Below, one piece after another: positions 28,287 through 38,783 of a stretch of 64,000 nucleotides of DNA; positions within the stretch are counted from its first letter, which is position 1; every line of letters starts with the position of its first letter. A program made the position numbers and the translations under genes. The DNA is from a bacterium (lineage in GTDB: Bacteria > Patescibacteriota > Minisyncoccia > Phycocordibacterales > UBA2100), in contig JAUSJH010000002.1 in the NCBI GenBank assembly GCA_030647655.1, positions 130,445 to 194,444 on the forward strand, read 5' to 3'. Below the pieces are notes generated by a model, which was not told the DNA's origin, searched no databases, and saw only the letters and a list, made by a program, of their open reading frames with translations.

Positions 28287-28670
28287 ATGCTCCGAATAGC
28301 AGGCACCACAGTTCCGGATAATAAACGGCTCGAGATCGGGCTGACTTCTATTTATGGTGTCGGACGCCCGCGCGCACAAATAGTTTTATCTGCTGTCGGT
28401 ATCGAAGGCGGCAAACGACCGAAGGATCTTTCGGCAAAAGAGGAAACGGCGCTACGCGAGGCGATAGAGAAATTCACGCTCGAAGGTGAATTGCGCCGCG
28501 AAATTTCCAGCAACATCCGCCGACTCAAAGATATCAAATCATACCGAGGCAGTCGTCATGCGAAACACCTACCCGCTCGTGGCCAGCGCTCGAAGACTAA
28601 TTCGCGCACGGTGCGCGGCAACGTGCGAAAGACTATGACCTCCGGACGCCGTAAACTGGAAAAGACATAG
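28287..28670 (+). CDS. rpsM: 30S ribosomal protein S13
   Basis: RIAG, LTSIYGVG, SYRGSRH, RGQRSKTNSRT. Confidence 0.98.
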   Translation: MLRIAGTTVPDNKRLEIGLTSIYGVGRPRAQIVLSAVGIEGGKRPKDLSAKEETALREAIEKFTLEGELRREISSNIRRLKDIKSYRGSRHAKHLPARGQRSKTNSRTVRGNVRKTMTSGRRKLEKT

Positions 28671-28677
28671 TGAAATC

Positions 28678-29112
28678 ATGGGAAAAAAACGAATAATTCG
28701 AAAAAGTGGAGGGACGGTTGATCAGGGACTTAAATCCCGTTCTCTCGCGCGCATGGCAAAAAAGAATATCGCGTCGGGAACGCTTCATATCCACGCTACA
28801 TACAACAACACGAAAGTACTTCTTTCCGACAAAGAGGGAAATACCATCGCCTGGTCTTCTTCCGGTACGCTCGGTTTTTCAGGCGCCAAGAAAGGAACGC
28901 CATTTGCAGCCGCGAAAGTGGGTGAGCTTGTGGGCGATAAAGCTGCGATAGTAGGAGTCAAAGAGGTCGACGTTGTCATTCGCGGGGTCGGCGCCGGCCG
29001 CGAATCCGCGTTGCGCGGTTTTTCCGGCAAAGGCATCGAGGTTACGCGTATTGCCGACGACACGCCCATCCCGCACAATGGACCGCGCGCTCCAAAACCC
29101 CGCAGAGTTTAA
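28678..29112 (+). CDS. rpsK: 30S ribosomal protein S11
   Basis: ATYNNT, KKGTPFAA, GAGRESA, TPIPHNG. Confidence 0.98.
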   Translation: MGKKRIIRKSGGTVDQGLKSRSLARMAKKNIASGTLHIHATYNNTKVLLSDKEGNTIAWSSSGTLGFSGAKKGTPFAAAKVGELVGDKAAIVGVKEVDVVIRGVGAGRESALRGFSGKGIEVTRIADDTPIPHNGPRAPKPRRV

Positions 29113-29127
29113 GTATCAATAAAAACC

Positions 29128-29742
29128 ATGTTGCTCATTAAATCAAAATTCAAGATAGCGAAACGGCTCGGCGCAGCCGTGTTCGAAAAGACGCAGACCC
29201 AGAAGTTCGCGCTCTCCGAGGCCCGCTCTGCCGCTAGCAAGAAAACTCGCGGTCGCGGCGGGAGTGATTACGGCCGCCAGCTTTTGGAAAAGCAGCGCGT
29301 GCGCTATACGTACGGACTCTCCGAGCGCCAACTCTCTAACTACGCACAAGCCGCTTTCGCGGAGCCAGATCCTTCTGCGAGCCTCCATCGCTCTCTTGAG
29401 ATGCGCGCGGACGGCGCGGTCTATCGCGCAGGATTCGCTTCCACACGACGCGCGGCACGTCAGGCAGTGTCCCACGGCCACTTCACCATTAATGGAAAGC
29501 GCATCACGACGCCTTCTTACCGCGTCAAAAAAGGCGACATCATTTCCGTGCGTGAGGGAAGCAAGGGTAGCCCACTCTTTGCGGGACTTGCGGAGAACAA
29601 AGAGAATACTACGCGAGCTGTTCCGCAATGGCTTACGGTCGATATCAATCTCCTGAAAGCGGAAGTGGTCGGCGAGCCGACGTACAACCACATAGAGGCC
29701 GGACTTGATTATTCCACCGTGTTTGAGTTTTACAGCAGATAG
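29128..29742 (+). CDS. rpsD: 30S ribosomal protein S4
   Basis: SDYGRQLLEKQ, ARQAVSHGH, EFYSR. Confidence 0.97.
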   Translation: MLLIKSKFKIAKRLGAAVFEKTQTQKFALSEARSAASKKTRGRGGSDYGRQLLEKQRVRYTYGLSERQLSNYAQAAFAEPDPSASLHRSLEMRADGAVYRAGFASTRRAARQAVSHGHFTINGKRITTPSYRVKKGDIISVREGSKGSPLFAGLAENKENTTRAVPQWLTVDINLLKAEVVGEPTYNHIEAGLDYSTVFEFYSR

Positions 29743-29793
29743 GTGTATAATTGTTGGCGATTTTTACTCATAGCTTGACACTATTATTTTTTT

Positions 29794-30771
29794 ATGTCGG
29801 ATTACCATATCGCATTGCCGAGCAAGCCGCGCGTCGTCTCCGAATCAGAGCGCGGTGGTGTTTATGAAATAGACGGATTGTACCCGGGCTACGGCTACAC
29901 ATTAGGCAATTCTCTCCGTCGCATCATCCTATCCTCGCTCCCTGGTGCTGCCGTGACACACGTGAAAATCCCCGGTGTCGCTCATGAATTTTCGACCATC
30001 GAAGGCGTGAAGGAGGACGTCGTTACTATCCTTCTCAATATCCGCAAAATCCGGCTCAAGCTTTTGACCGACGAGACACAGACCATCCAACTCTCCGTCA
30101 AAGGCCCCAAGGAAGTCACGGCGGCGGACCTCAAATTGCCAGGACAAGTGGAAATACTGAACCCAGAACAGCGCATCGCGGACATCACAGGAAAGGCCAC
30201 TCTCGAAATCGAGTTGCGCGCGGAACGCGGACTGGGCTACATCTCCAAAGAGGCGCACCAGAAAGATCGCGTCGAGATCGGCACGATCGCACTCGACGCG
30301 ATCTTTAGCCCTATTCGCCGCGTCAATTACGAAGTGGAGAACATGCGCGTCGGCGACCGTACTGATTTCAATCGTCTGCGCATCACTATCGAAACCGATG
30401 GTACGATTCCGCCGCGCGAAGCGCTCGAACGCTCCATAGAGACCATGATCCACCAGCTCAAATCAGTCGTCGGATTCAAGGAGGATGAGACGCCGGATGC
30501 GATGACGGGCACGCCAGAGAACGCGCGGAGCGGCCGTGAGGAAAAAGCGACCGCACTCGATGCCGAAGTTCTGAAGACGCGCATCACCGAGCTTTCTCTT
30601 CCCGAGCGTGTCGAGACGGCACTCGACAACGCATCCATCCGCACCGTGGGTGGCCTCGTACGCAAACGAGAAGACGACCTTCTCGCTATCGAGGGCTTGG
30701 GTCAGAAAGGTTTGCAGGACATCAAACGCGCACTCTCCAACATGGGCCTCACGCTCCGGAGCGATAAATAA
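29794..30771 (+). CDS. rpoA: RNA polymerase alpha subunit
   Basis: GYGYTLGNSLRRIILSSLPG, HEFSTIEGVKED, alpha-CTD. Confidence 0.98.
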   Translation: MSDYHIALPSKPRVVSESERGGVYEIDGLYPGYGYTLGNSLRRIILSSLPGAAVTHVKIPGVAHEFSTIEGVKEDVVTILLNIRKIRLKLLTDETQTIQLSVKGPKEVTAADLKLPGQVEILNPEQRIADITGKATLEIELRAERGLGYISKEAHQKDRVEIGTIALDAIFSPIRRVNYEVENMRVGDRTDFNRLRITIETDGTIPPREALERSIETMIHQLKSVVGFKEDETPDAMTGTPENARSGREEKATALDAEVLKTRITELSLPERVETALDNASIRTVGGLVRKREDDLLAIEGLGQKGLQDIKRALSNMGLTLRSDK

Positions 30772-30772
30772 C

Positions 30773-31159
30773 ATGAGACATCATCAAAAAAACAGGAAAT
30801 TCGGGCGTGTGAAGCGGCAACGTACGGCGCTTTTGCGCTCGCTCGCTCGCTCACTCGTCTTGGAAGAGGGTATTACGACCACGGTCGCGAAAGCCAAAGA
30901 ACTTCGGCCCTTTATCGAGCGCCTTGTTTCCACAAGTAAGAAGAATTCGCTCGCATCGCGTCGTCTTATAGCGTCCCGTTTGGGAGGTGACGAAAGCGTG
31001 GTCAAGAAATTGCATGATATTTTTGCAGAACGATACGCCAAGCGCGCCGGAGGCTACACGCGCATTGTGCGATTGGGCAGGGTCGGAAAGCGTGTCATGG
31101 AGTCAGCGCGCATCGAGTTCATACCAGCCGAAGGCGCCGCCTCCGGCGGAAAAAAATAG
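30773..31159 (+). CDS. rplQ: 50S ribosomal protein L17
   Basis: MRHH, ITTTVAKAKELR, GGYTRI. Confidence 0.97.
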   Translation: MRHHQKNRKFGRVKRQRTALLRSLARSLVLEEGITTTVAKAKELRPFIERLVSTSKKNSLASRRLIASRLGGDESVVKKLHDIFAERYAKRAGGYTRIVRLGRVGKRVMESARIEFIPAEGAASGGKK

Positions 31160-31162
31160 CAT

Positions 31163-31516
31163 ATGGACATCCCGACACATACCATTGATGCCGCGGGGCG
31201 AGCGATCGGCCGCGTCGCTTCTGAAGCGGCCAAAGCTCTTATGGGCAAAATGCGTGCGGATTACACGCCCAACAAAAGTTCCGGCGTCAAAGTCTCGGTT
31301 ACCAATGCGAGCAAACTCTACACGCGTGAGCGCAAGCGCACACAAAAGACCTACACCACGTATTCCGGATATCCGGGCGGTCTGAAGCGCGAGAGTCTCG
31401 CAAATCTGAATGCCCGCAAGGGTTACGGAGAAGCGATCCGACGTGCGGTCTCCCGAATGCTCCCGCGCAACACAATGCACACCGCACGCATGAAGAGCCT
31501 CACGATCACCGAATAA
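31163..31516 (+). CDS. rplM: 50S ribosomal protein L13
   Basis: IDAAGRAIGRVAS, SGYPGGLK, AVSRMLP. Confidence 0.96.
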   Translation: MDIPTHTIDAAGRAIGRVASEAAKALMGKMRADYTPNKSSGVKVSVTNASKLYTRERKRTQKTYTTYSGYPGGLKRESLANLNARKGYGEAIRRAVSRMLPRNTMHTARMKSLTITE

Positions 31517-31519
31517 TAT

Positions 31520-31912
31520 ATGGCTACAGCGAGATACACGGAGGCAGTGGGGCGCAGGAAGACCGCCACCGCGCGCGTACGAATCACACCGTCTAAGAAC
31601 ACGACCATGGTTGTCAACGGCATGGACGCAAAGGATTATTTTCCTCTCAATATCATGATGAAGACAGCCTACGAGCCGCTTGCGCTCCTTGGGGCGACGT
31701 ACACGGTAACCGCAAAGGTTTCCGGCGGCGGCAAAAAGGCCCAAGCGGAGTCCATACGCCTTGGCATTTCCCGCGCAATGACTGAAATTGTCCCCGAACA
31801 ACGCAAGGACCTCAAAGTCCGCGGCTTCCTCAAGCGGGACCCACGCTCTAGAGAGCGCAAGAAGTTCGGTCTCAAAGGCGCTCGCAGAGCACCGCAGTGG
31901 AGTAAACGTTAA
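31520..31912 (+). CDS. rpsI: 30S ribosomal protein S9
   Basis: GRRKTATARV, GGGKKAQA, ERKKFGLKGARRAPQWSKR. Confidence 0.98.
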   Translation: MATARYTEAVGRRKTATARVRITPSKNTTMVVNGMDAKDYFPLNIMMKTAYEPLALLGATYTVTAKVSGGGKKAQAESIRLGISRAMTEIVPEQRKDLKVRGFLKRDPRSRERKKFGLKGARRAPQWSKR

Positions 31913-31952
31913 AAGGGAAAGGAGGTGCCGCGAGTTGAAGCGCAGCACCTCC
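31913..31952. terminator. Hairpin after rpsI
   Basis: GGAGGTGC...GCACCTCC stem; purine run on the left (pyrimidine tail on minus strand). Confidence 0.45.
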
Positions 31953-32067
31953 TCCGTCGTCGGATGAGAGAATCACCCTCGGACATACCCGCAACGCAGC
32001 GGGCAACTCGTTCCCGCGTAGAAACTATCACATAGAGCAGCGCGAAGCAATTTGCTATACTCGTCTC

Positions 32068-32610
32068 ATGAAGAAACACTCCGACAACAACGATGTGAAT
32101 TTTGAACCCGAGGAAGAACTCGGGGATGTTGCCGCGGTACAGGCGAAGTTCAAAAAACTCAAGGATGAGCTTACGAAGGTGAAGCAGGAGAAGCAGGAAT
32201 ACTTGGACGGCTGGCAGAGGTGCAAAGCCGATAGTATCAACGCCAAAAAAGATTCGGAAATGCGCTCGGGTCGTACTGCCGAGCTTCTGCGTGAGGCTCT
32301 AGTACACGACATTATTCCCGCGCTCGATAGCTTCGATATGGCAGCGGGAAGCGAGGCGTGGGTGGAGATCTCCGATGGTTGGAAAAGTGGCATGGAGCTC
32401 GTCCGCGACCAGCTCATCGAGGCCCTCAGGCGTCACGGCGTCGAGCGGTTCGGGAAAGTCGGTGACACATTCGACCACGCGCTCTATGAGGCGGTAGAGG
32501 AGCGTGACGATGTCGCGGGAGAAGCGGGAACCGTCGCGCGAATTCTGCGGTATGGCTACAAAGCTGGAAAACGAATTTTGCGCCCCGCGCAGGTCATCGT
32601 AAAGTCGTAA
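32068..32610 (+). CDS. grpE: Nucleotide exchange factor GrpE
   Basis: Coiled coil, [22 protein letters not shown]...LRPAQV. Confidence 0.95.
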   Translation: MKKHSDNNDVNFEPEEELGDVAAVQAKFKKLKDELTKVKQEKQEYLDGWQRCKADSINAKKDSEMRSGRTAELLREALVHDIIPALDSFDMAAGSEAWVEISDGWKSGMELVRDQLIEALRRHGVERFGKVGDTFDHALYEAVEERDDVAGEAGTVARILRYGYKAGKRILRPAQVIVKS

Positions 32611-32656
32611 TCGAAAAAGATTGACAAGCGTCTCCATAAAACTAGAATCATTACCT

Positions 32657-34522
32657 ATGGCAAAAATACTCGGAATAGATTTGGGTACGACGAACTCCGC
32701 AGTGGCGGTGGTTAAGGGCGGTGAGCCGGAAATTATAGAGAATGCAGAGGGCGCACGCACAACCCCTTCGGTCGTCGCACTCTCGAAAACAGGCGAGCGA
32801 TTGGTGGGCCTTTTGGCCAAACGACAAGCGGTCACCAATCCAAAGAATACCGTCTACCAAATGAAGCGTTTCATCGGGCACAATTTTGACGAGCCGCTTG
32901 TAGCAAAAGACCGTGCGGCCGTGCCTTTCGAAACGAAAAAGTCGGCAAATGGGGGGCTGGAGGTGAAGATGGGAGATAAATGGTACCGACCGGAGGAGCT
33001 TTCGGCGATGGTACTGCAAAAATTGAAACAGGACGCCGAAGTACGTCTGGGTGAAAAGATAACGGAGGCCGTCATAACCGTGCCGGCATACTTCAACGAC
33101 GCCCAGCGGCAGGCGACCAAAGACGCAGGCAAAATCGCGGGCTTGGACGTTAAGCGCATTATCAACGAGCCGACAGCGGCCGCACTTGCCTATGGCTTCA
33201 ATAAGAAGAAGAACGAGAAAATAGCCGTCTTCGACTTCGGCGGCGGCACATTTGATATTTCCGTGCTTGAAGTGGGAGACGACGTCATCGAGGTACGCTC
33301 GACCGACGGTGACGCGCACTTGGGCGGTAAGGATATCGACCAGAAAATAATGGACTGGCTTGCGGACCAGTTCAAGAAAGAATCCGGTGTCGATGTACGC
33401 AACGATCCATTGGCGCGCCAACGCCTCGATGAGGCGGCGGAAAAAGCGAAAATCGAGCTTTCGAGCGCTGTGGACACAGAAGTAAACATCCCTTTTATAA
33501 CCTCGACCGATGCGGGGCCCCAGCACCTCCTCATCAAAATGAGTCGTGCGAAGCTGGAAGAACTCTCGAACGAATTTGTGGAGCGCGCGATGGCCATTAC
33601 CAAGCGCGCGATGGAAGCGTCTCCTTTCAAGGTAGGCGACTTACAGGAAGTGATACTGGTCGGAGGCCAGACGCGCATGCCAGCCATGCAACAGGCCGTA
33701 GAGAAATTCTTCGGCAGGAAGCCCAACATGACGGTAAATCCCGACGAAGTCGTTGCGATAGGCGCGGCTATTCAGGGCGGTATTTTGCAGGGAGATGTGA
33801 AGGACGTGCTTCTACTTGATGTCATCCCGCTTTCTCTCGGCATCGAGACTATGGGCGGAGTGGCGACGAAGCTTATAGAGCGCAATACGACCATCCCTAC
33901 CTCGCGCTCACAAACATTTTCGACCGCTTCGGACAACCAGCCTTCAGTGGAGATACACGTGGTGCAAGGCGAGCGGCCGATGGCGGGAGACAACAAATCG
34001 CTGGGCAAATTTAATCTCGATGGCATCGCGCCGGCCCCCCGCGGCATGCCGCAGGTAGAGGTGTCTTTCGATATTGATGCCAACGGTATTCTCACCGTAA
34101 AAGCCAAGGACAAATCCACGAGCAAGGAGCAATCTATCCGCATCGAAGGCTCGTCCGGTCTTTCGGAAGCCGACATCGAGAAGATGCGCAAAGACGCCGA
34201 AGTAAATGCCGATACGGACAAAAAGAAACACGAACTTGTCGAAGCGCAAAATGCCGCCGATCAGGTAATGTATGCCGGCGAGAAGGCGCTGAAGGAGCAC
34301 GGAGACAAGGTGAGCGATGATATCAAGAAGAACGTGCAAGAAAAAATAGACGCAGTTAAAGCCGCGCGCGGAAGCAACGACGCCGCAACAATCAAGAGTG
34401 CCGCCGACGCCCTCTCTACCGCCATGAGCACCATAGGTGAGGCCATGTCCAAGAATCAACAGCAGACTCCACCTCCTGAACCGCCGAAAGATGACCAGAA
34501 GCCACCGGAAAATACTGCTTGA
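32657..34522 (+). CDS. dnaK: Chaperone DnaK
   Basis: [32 protein letters not shown]. Confidence 0.99.
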   Translation: MAKILGIDLGTTNSAVAVVKGGEPEIIENAEGARTTPSVVALSKTGERLVGLLAKRQAVTNPKNTVYQMKRFIGHNFDEPLVAKDRAAVPFETKKSANGGLEVKMGDKWYRPEELSAMVLQKLKQDAEVRLGEKITEAVITVPAYFNDAQRQATKDAGKIAGLDVKRIINEPTAAALAYGFNKKKNEKIAVFDFGGGTFDISVLEVGDDVIEVRSTDGDAHLGGKDIDQKIMDWLADQFKKESGVDVRNDPLARQRLDEAAEKAKIELSSAVDTEVNIPFITSTDAGPQHLLIKMSRAKLEELSNEFVERAMAITKRAMEASPFKVGDLQEVILVGGQTRMPAMQQAVEKFFGRKPNMTVNPDEVVAIGAAIQGGILQGDVKDVLLLDVIPLSLGIETMGGVATKLIERNTTIPTSRSQTFSTASDNQPSVEIHVVQGERPMAGDNKSLGKFNLDGIAPAPRGMPQVEVSFDIDANGILTVKAKDKSTSKEQSIRIEGSSGLSEADIEKMRKDAEVNADTDKKKHELVEAQNAADQVMYAGEKALKEHGDKVSDDIKKNVQEKIDAVKAARGSNDAATIKSAADALSTAMSTIGEAMSKNQQQTPPPEPPKDDQKPPENTA

Positions 34523-34571
34523 AGAATTGGCGAGCAGGTATATAGTTGGCAAACACTGCCACAGGAGGGCC

Positions 34572-34871
34572 ATGATGACCGGAATAGTCCAACTGACTAC
34601 GCTCGTCGCTGCCTGCGTGTGCATTGCGATCTTTCTCACGTCGTTCGCATCCGCGGGTTTGCACTACAAGAATCAAGACTCAGAATCGCAAGGGTTATTA
34701 TTGATTTGCATCGCGTTGATCGCTCTCAACATGCTCATCACGATGAACTTCCCCGTCCTAATGTTTTCGATGATCGTCGGAATATCGGGATGGGTACTTG
34801 CGACTATTCTGAAGAACATATTCGGCGTGCCAGCCGTTTTTGTCGTGTCGCAGGCGCAACCGACGAGGTGA
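34572..34871 (+). CDS. Hypothetical 3-TM membrane protein between dnaK and dnaJ (orphan)
   Basis: AGGAGG SD; hydrophobic helices; own terminator. Confidence 0.65.
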   Translation: MMTGIVQLTTLVAACVCIAIFLTSFASAGLHYKNQDSESQGLLLICIALIALNMLITMNFPVLMFSMIVGISGWVLATILKNIFGVPAVFVVSQAQPTR

Positions 34872-34915
34872 CCGAGCTGTCCGGCTGAATCGCAGTCGAG
34901 ATGAGCGTATCATCG

Positions 34916-34950
34916 AAGGGTGCCGGCTAGCGCCGGCACCCTTTTGCTTT
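34916..34950 (+). terminator. Intrinsic terminator
   Basis: 12-bp stem AAGGGTGCCGGC/GCCGGCACCCTT followed by TTGCTTT. Confidence 0.75.
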
Positions 34951-34983
34951 GCAAGTCTTTTTCGAGTAGTATGAATGAATCAT

Positions 34984-36069
34984 ATGAAGAATTACTATGA
35001 CCTGTTGGGCATAGCCAAGGCGGCGAATGATGAGGAGATAAAGAGCGCGTTCAGAAAACTGGCTCACAAGTATCATCCGGACAAGAAAGGCGGGAATGAG
35101 GCGAAATTTAAAGAGGTGAGTGAGGCGTATGCCGTGCTTTCCGATAAAAAGAAACGCGCCGAGTACGACACCTACGGCAAGACCTTCGCCGGCGGCGGCC
35201 CACAGCAAGGTGGATTCGGCGGTTTCGACTTCTCAAACTTTTCCGCCGGAGGCGGATCGGCTTTTGGCGGACAAGGAGGACAGGCATTCGAATTCGACCT
35301 CGGCGATATCTTTGGCGATGTGTTCGGCGGAGGCCAGAGCCGCGCGAAGAGAGGTCGCGACATTTCGATAGATATCGAGCTTTCATTCCGCGAAAGCATA
35401 TTTGGTGCGGAGCGCAGGGTTCTTCTCTCAAAGATGAGCACGTGCGACGTCTGCAGTGGCACGGGTGCCAAGAAAGGCGCGAAGATGGTCACATGCACAA
35501 GCTGCAACGGCAAGGGTGAGATACGCGAGTCGCGTAATTCTTTTTTCGGCACGTTCACATCCTCACGCGCCTGCCCAAGGTGTAGCGGGCGCGGAGAGAT
35601 ACCAGAGACTCCGTGTGAATCGTGCCGAGGCGAGGGCATTCGCAAGCGTGAGGAGGAGATACATGTGGTGGTGCCCGCGGGAGTAGAAGATGGCGAGATG
35701 ATACGTATGCCCGGTCGCGGCGAAGCGGCGACAGGGGCGAGCGCCGGAGATCTCTATGTCAAGCTTCACATCAAGCGCGATGCCAAATTCTCACGCGAGG
35801 GCAACAATCTCATCACGTCGCTCCCCATCAAGCTCACAGACGCGCTTTTGGGCGGCGAATACCGCATTGCGACACTCGATGGTGAAGAAACTGTCTCTGT
35901 GCCGAGCGGCGTTGCTCACGGAGAGGTTATACGTGTGCGGGGAAAAGGAGTTCCGCACGGCCGCGGCAACCGCGGTGACTTGCTGGTTCGCATCGATATC
36001 GAATTTCCGAAGAAACTTTCCAAGAACGCCCGTGAATTGATAGAAAAATTACGCACCGAAGGACTCTGA
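34984..36069 (+). CDS. dnaJ: Chaperone DnaJ
   Basis: HPD J-domain, G/F region, four CxxCxGxG repeats; 34975 is an alternative start. Confidence 0.98.
   Translation: MKNYYDLLGIAKAANDEEIKSAFRKLAHKYHPDKKGGNEAKFKEVSEAYAVLSDKKKRAEYDTYGKTFAGGGPQQGGFGGFDFSNFSAGGGSAFGGQGGQAFEFDLGDIFGDVFGGGQSRAKRGRDISIDIELSFRESIFGAERRVLLSKMSTCDVCSGTGAKKGAKMVTCTSCNGKGEIRESRNSFFGTFTSSRACPRCSGRGEIPETPCESCRGEGIRKREEEIHVVVPAGVEDGEMIRMPGRGEAATGASAGDLYVKLHIKRDAKFSREGNNLITSLPIKLTDALLGGEYRIATLDGEETVSVPSGVAHGEVIRVRGKGVPHGRGNRGDLLVRIDIEFPKKLSKNARELIEKLRTEGL
35242..35271. repeat. 30-bp palindromic repeat inserted in-frame in dnaJ ([10 protein letters not shown])
   Basis: TCCGCCGGAGGCGGATCGGCTTTTGGCGGA; degenerate relative at 31124-31150 (rplQ end). 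Confidence 0.6.
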
Positions 36070-36108
36070 AACTGTTCGCGCGCGATAATAGTGTAGTAAA
36101 ATAGGCGG

Positions 36109-36597
36109 ATGGATTTTAACGCGTGGGGAGTGGCGTTTTCACATTGGCCGACTGATTGGATAATCATCGGTGCGTTCGCGGCATTCGCCGCACTCGACAC
36201 AATGAGGAGCGGAACCGCACGCGCGGCCGCTCTTATGCTCTCTCTTCCCGCGACGCTCTTTCTCGTCGGCGTACTCCCCAAGGCCGCGCTCATCGGGCCA
36301 GCGTCCGCCCAATTCACGGCACCGCTTGCACAACTCGCCATTTTCGCGGTTATCTTCGCCGCGCTCTACGTCGTCGCGCATCGCGCCATATTTACCTATT
36401 CCGACGGCGCGAGCGTGGTGCAAGCCCTCATCGCTGGTCTCGCGGCGACAATCGTCCTCGTGGTCGTCTTCCTACAAATTCCCGCACTGCAATCGCTATG
36501 GCACGTGGGAGGAAGCGTGCAGATGGTGTTCGGCGAAGCCTACCGCTTCTGGTGGCTCGTGGGCGCCTACAGCGCCCTCGCGTTCGTCCGTAGTTAA
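36109..36597 (+). CDS. Hypothetical membrane protein (~5 TM)
   Basis: Hydrophobic throughout; TAAAAT 6 nt before ATG. Confidence 0.75.
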   Translation: MDFNAWGVAFSHWPTDWIIIGAFAAFAALDTMRSGTARAAALMLSLPATLFLVGVLPKAALIGPASAQFTAPLAQLAIFAVIFAALYVVAHRAIFTYSDGASVVQALIAGLAATIVLVVVFLQIPALQSLWHVGGSVQMVFGEAYRFWWLVGAYSALAFVRS

Positions 36598-36611
36598 GAA
36601 ACTAAACCATT

Positions 36612-38057
36612 CTACTTTCCAATCGTTGTAAAGGCGCCTCCACTTATTGTAATGATTGAGCCAGCGTAGAACGGCGAACCGGTGTCTCCGTCCGTCGTGC
36701 CGTCGCTTGTGATGAATGCCGAGTGCGCACCCTCGACGTCGGTATTACCAGACGGAGAGACGCCGAGGCCGAATCCATACAGATTTCCATCAAAACCGAG
36801 CTCGTCGTTTATATCTCGGATGTCGAATTGGACGGTGCGATTTGAGCCTGTCGTTTTGATATCTCCTTGCACATACACATCAATACTGTCGCCTTTTTTG
36901 ACAACGATACCCGGATCTAAAAGGGTTACATACTCTTTTTCGGAGTACGGGCTCACGAAGGTCGGGTACATAGCACCATCCACGACGGTTTGCACATTAT
37001 CGATGTCGTATCGACCCGCCGTACCCGATTGTGTCCAGATGATGGAAGTAAAGGTGATGTCTTCTTGCGAATTCGCGGTAACCCTGATGCCCGAAAACTT
37101 CACACCTGTCTCGTTGATATAGCGTGTGAGCGCAGTCCCAGGGTCGTAGGATGAGCGTATCGCGGTCGCGCCGCCGATGGCGAGTGAACTATTGAGCGTC
37201 TGCGGCGTACCCTTAAGCGGCAGGGTGCCTTCCACAGGGGACGAAGCACTGATACTCGCGAGCTGGATGACCGGAGTTTGGCCGTCATAGCTCGAGAGAT
37301 CGGCGTTCATGTTGGCGTAGACCTCGAGCGTCTGCTTGGAGCCGGCTGGAACGGTGAATGACCTTCTGAACGTCGCTCGATGAGTAGAGTTCAGCGACAC
37401 GACATTGCCGATTTGCAAACCTTGCTCGTCCCAGAGGCCGAAGTTCGCGAACGCCCCGTCGGCACCTATCCCCGTACGTTCGATAACGACCTCTCGCACG
37501 ACGACATCCGTGCTCCCAGCCTCCAGAGTAAAGCTTAAGAAAAGAACGCCAGCACCTTGCGGTGCGAGAGAAGGCTCCGGCTGGCCGGGGTCGCTCACGG
37601 TAAGTGTATCGGAGACTGGGACCGCGGCTGCGGCCGATGCGAGCTGTGTCATCGGGGAGGTGAATGTGTTCTGCGATGCATTCGGAGCGACGCAGAGCGA
37701 GTTCAGCATCGCACGCGTCGAAGGTCCGACGATACCTGTGCCGGCGGAGAGACCGTTCGGCGTCAAAATGTCGTCTGCATATTTCTCTTGGAACTTAACG
37801 ACGGCCTTGGCTGTGCGTGGGCCGAATGTGGTGGACTCCATTCCTGATGAGCCCGCGCCCGAAAGTGCGACCGCGGTCTCGGCGCTCGCGTTCAAGAATT
37901 GCTGCAGTTTCATCACGTCCTGACCCGTAGCACCTACCTTAAGCGGTCGTAGCCACGAATATGGGCAGACGTCCGGGGGACCTTCGGCATGTACCATCGG
38001 CGCAGCGAAGAGCGTAATGAGAAGAAGAAAAGGAAAGGCAAGAGGCACGCTTTTCAT
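36612..38057 (-). CDS. Secreted peptidoglycan-binding surface protein with beta-rich C-terminal repeats
   Basis: Signal peptide, LKVGATGQDVMKLQQFLN...FGPRTAKAVVKFQ...GPSTRAMLN. Confidence 0.85.
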   Translation of the reverse strand: MKSVPLAFPFLLLITLFAAPMVHAEGPPDVCPYSWLRPLKVGATGQDVMKLQQFLNASAETAVALSGAGSSGMESTTFGPRTAKAVVKFQEKYADDILTPNGLSAGTGIVGPSTRAMLNSLCVAPNASQNTFTSPMTQLASAAAAVPVSDTLTVSDPGQPEPSLAPQGAGVLFLSFTLEAGSTDVVVREVVIERTGIGADGAFANFGLWDEQGLQIGNVVSLNSTHRATFRRSFTVPAGSKQTLEVYANMNADLSSYDGQTPVIQLASISASSPVEGTLPLKGTPQTLNSSLAIGGATAIRSSYDPGTALTRYINETGVKFSGIRVTANSQEDITFTSIIWTQSGTAGRYDIDNVQTVVDGAMYPTFVSPYSEKEYVTLLDPGIVVKKGDSIDVYVQGDIKTTGSNRTVQFDIRDINDELGFDGNLYGFGLGVSPSGNTDVEGAHSAFITSDGTTDGDTGSPFYAGSIITISGGAFTTIGK

Positions 38058-38133
38058 GTGGCTCCATTATATACCCGCGCAATAGGAACTATGGAGGTGC
38101 TGTGTGTAGCGCAAATGGGGATATAATCCGACG

Positions 38134-38778
38134 ATGGTCATCGTAGAACTTGGGATCATCGCGGCTTCTCTTCAGGCCGCTGGGTACTTTTTCTACGGCG
38201 CTCGCATGTTGAGGAGAGATATTTTGCCTAATCCCACCTCATGGCTCATGTTCGCCTATGGCACGACCTTAATCCTCATTCTCGAATGGGACCGCGATGC
38301 GAGCCTCGCCCTCTTGATACTCCCGGCTACGTGCGCCATTTCGAGCATCGTGGTCGCGCTCTACGCGCTACGCGGCGCCCGCTCGTGGCTGCCGGAACAC
38401 CCATTCGACCGTTTTTCTTTCGCCTTCGACATCCTGCTCACCCTCGTCTATCTATTTACTTGGTTCCTACTGGTGAATGGATTCATTGTAGAAACCCAAA
38501 AAAACTTAGCTGATATTATTATCCTCGTGTCGTGGAATATTGACATCTCGGCGTTCTTCCCACTCCTACGGCAAGTTTATCGGCATCCGCACACCGAGCA
38601 CGCGATGCCGTGGATCGTCTGGACAGGCGCGTATAGCGTACTTGTACTCGCCACCGTAATCGAGACGGGTATATTCAACGAGCTCATACTCTATCCCTTC
38701 ATAAACATGATCATCCATGGATCCATCGCCATCAGAGTCGGCTTGTGGCATTGGATGCGTTCGCAACCTATAATCTGA
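38134..38778 (+). CDS. Multi-pass membrane protein with internal two-fold repeat (possibly PQ-loop-like)
   Basis: 6-7 TM; PNPTSW and PHTEHAMPW at equivalent positions in the two halves. Confidence 0.65.
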   Translation: MVIVELGIIAASLQAAGYFFYGARMLRRDILPNPTSWLMFAYGTTLILILEWDRDASLALLILPATCAISSIVVALYALRGARSWLPEHPFDRFSFAFDILLTLVYLFTWFLLVNGFIVETQKNLADIIILVSWNIDISAFFPLLRQVYRHPHTEHAMPWIVWTGAYSVLVLATVIETGIFNELILYPFINMIIHGSIAIRVGLWHWMRSQPII

Positions 38779-38783
38779 CGACG

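Noticed and set aside
31944-31964. 15-nt inverted match (ATCCGACGACGGAGG) to 41917-41931
   Set aside because: A few 15-mer matches are expected by chance in 64 kb on two strands, and the 41.9 kb copy is explained as a kinase coding remnant.
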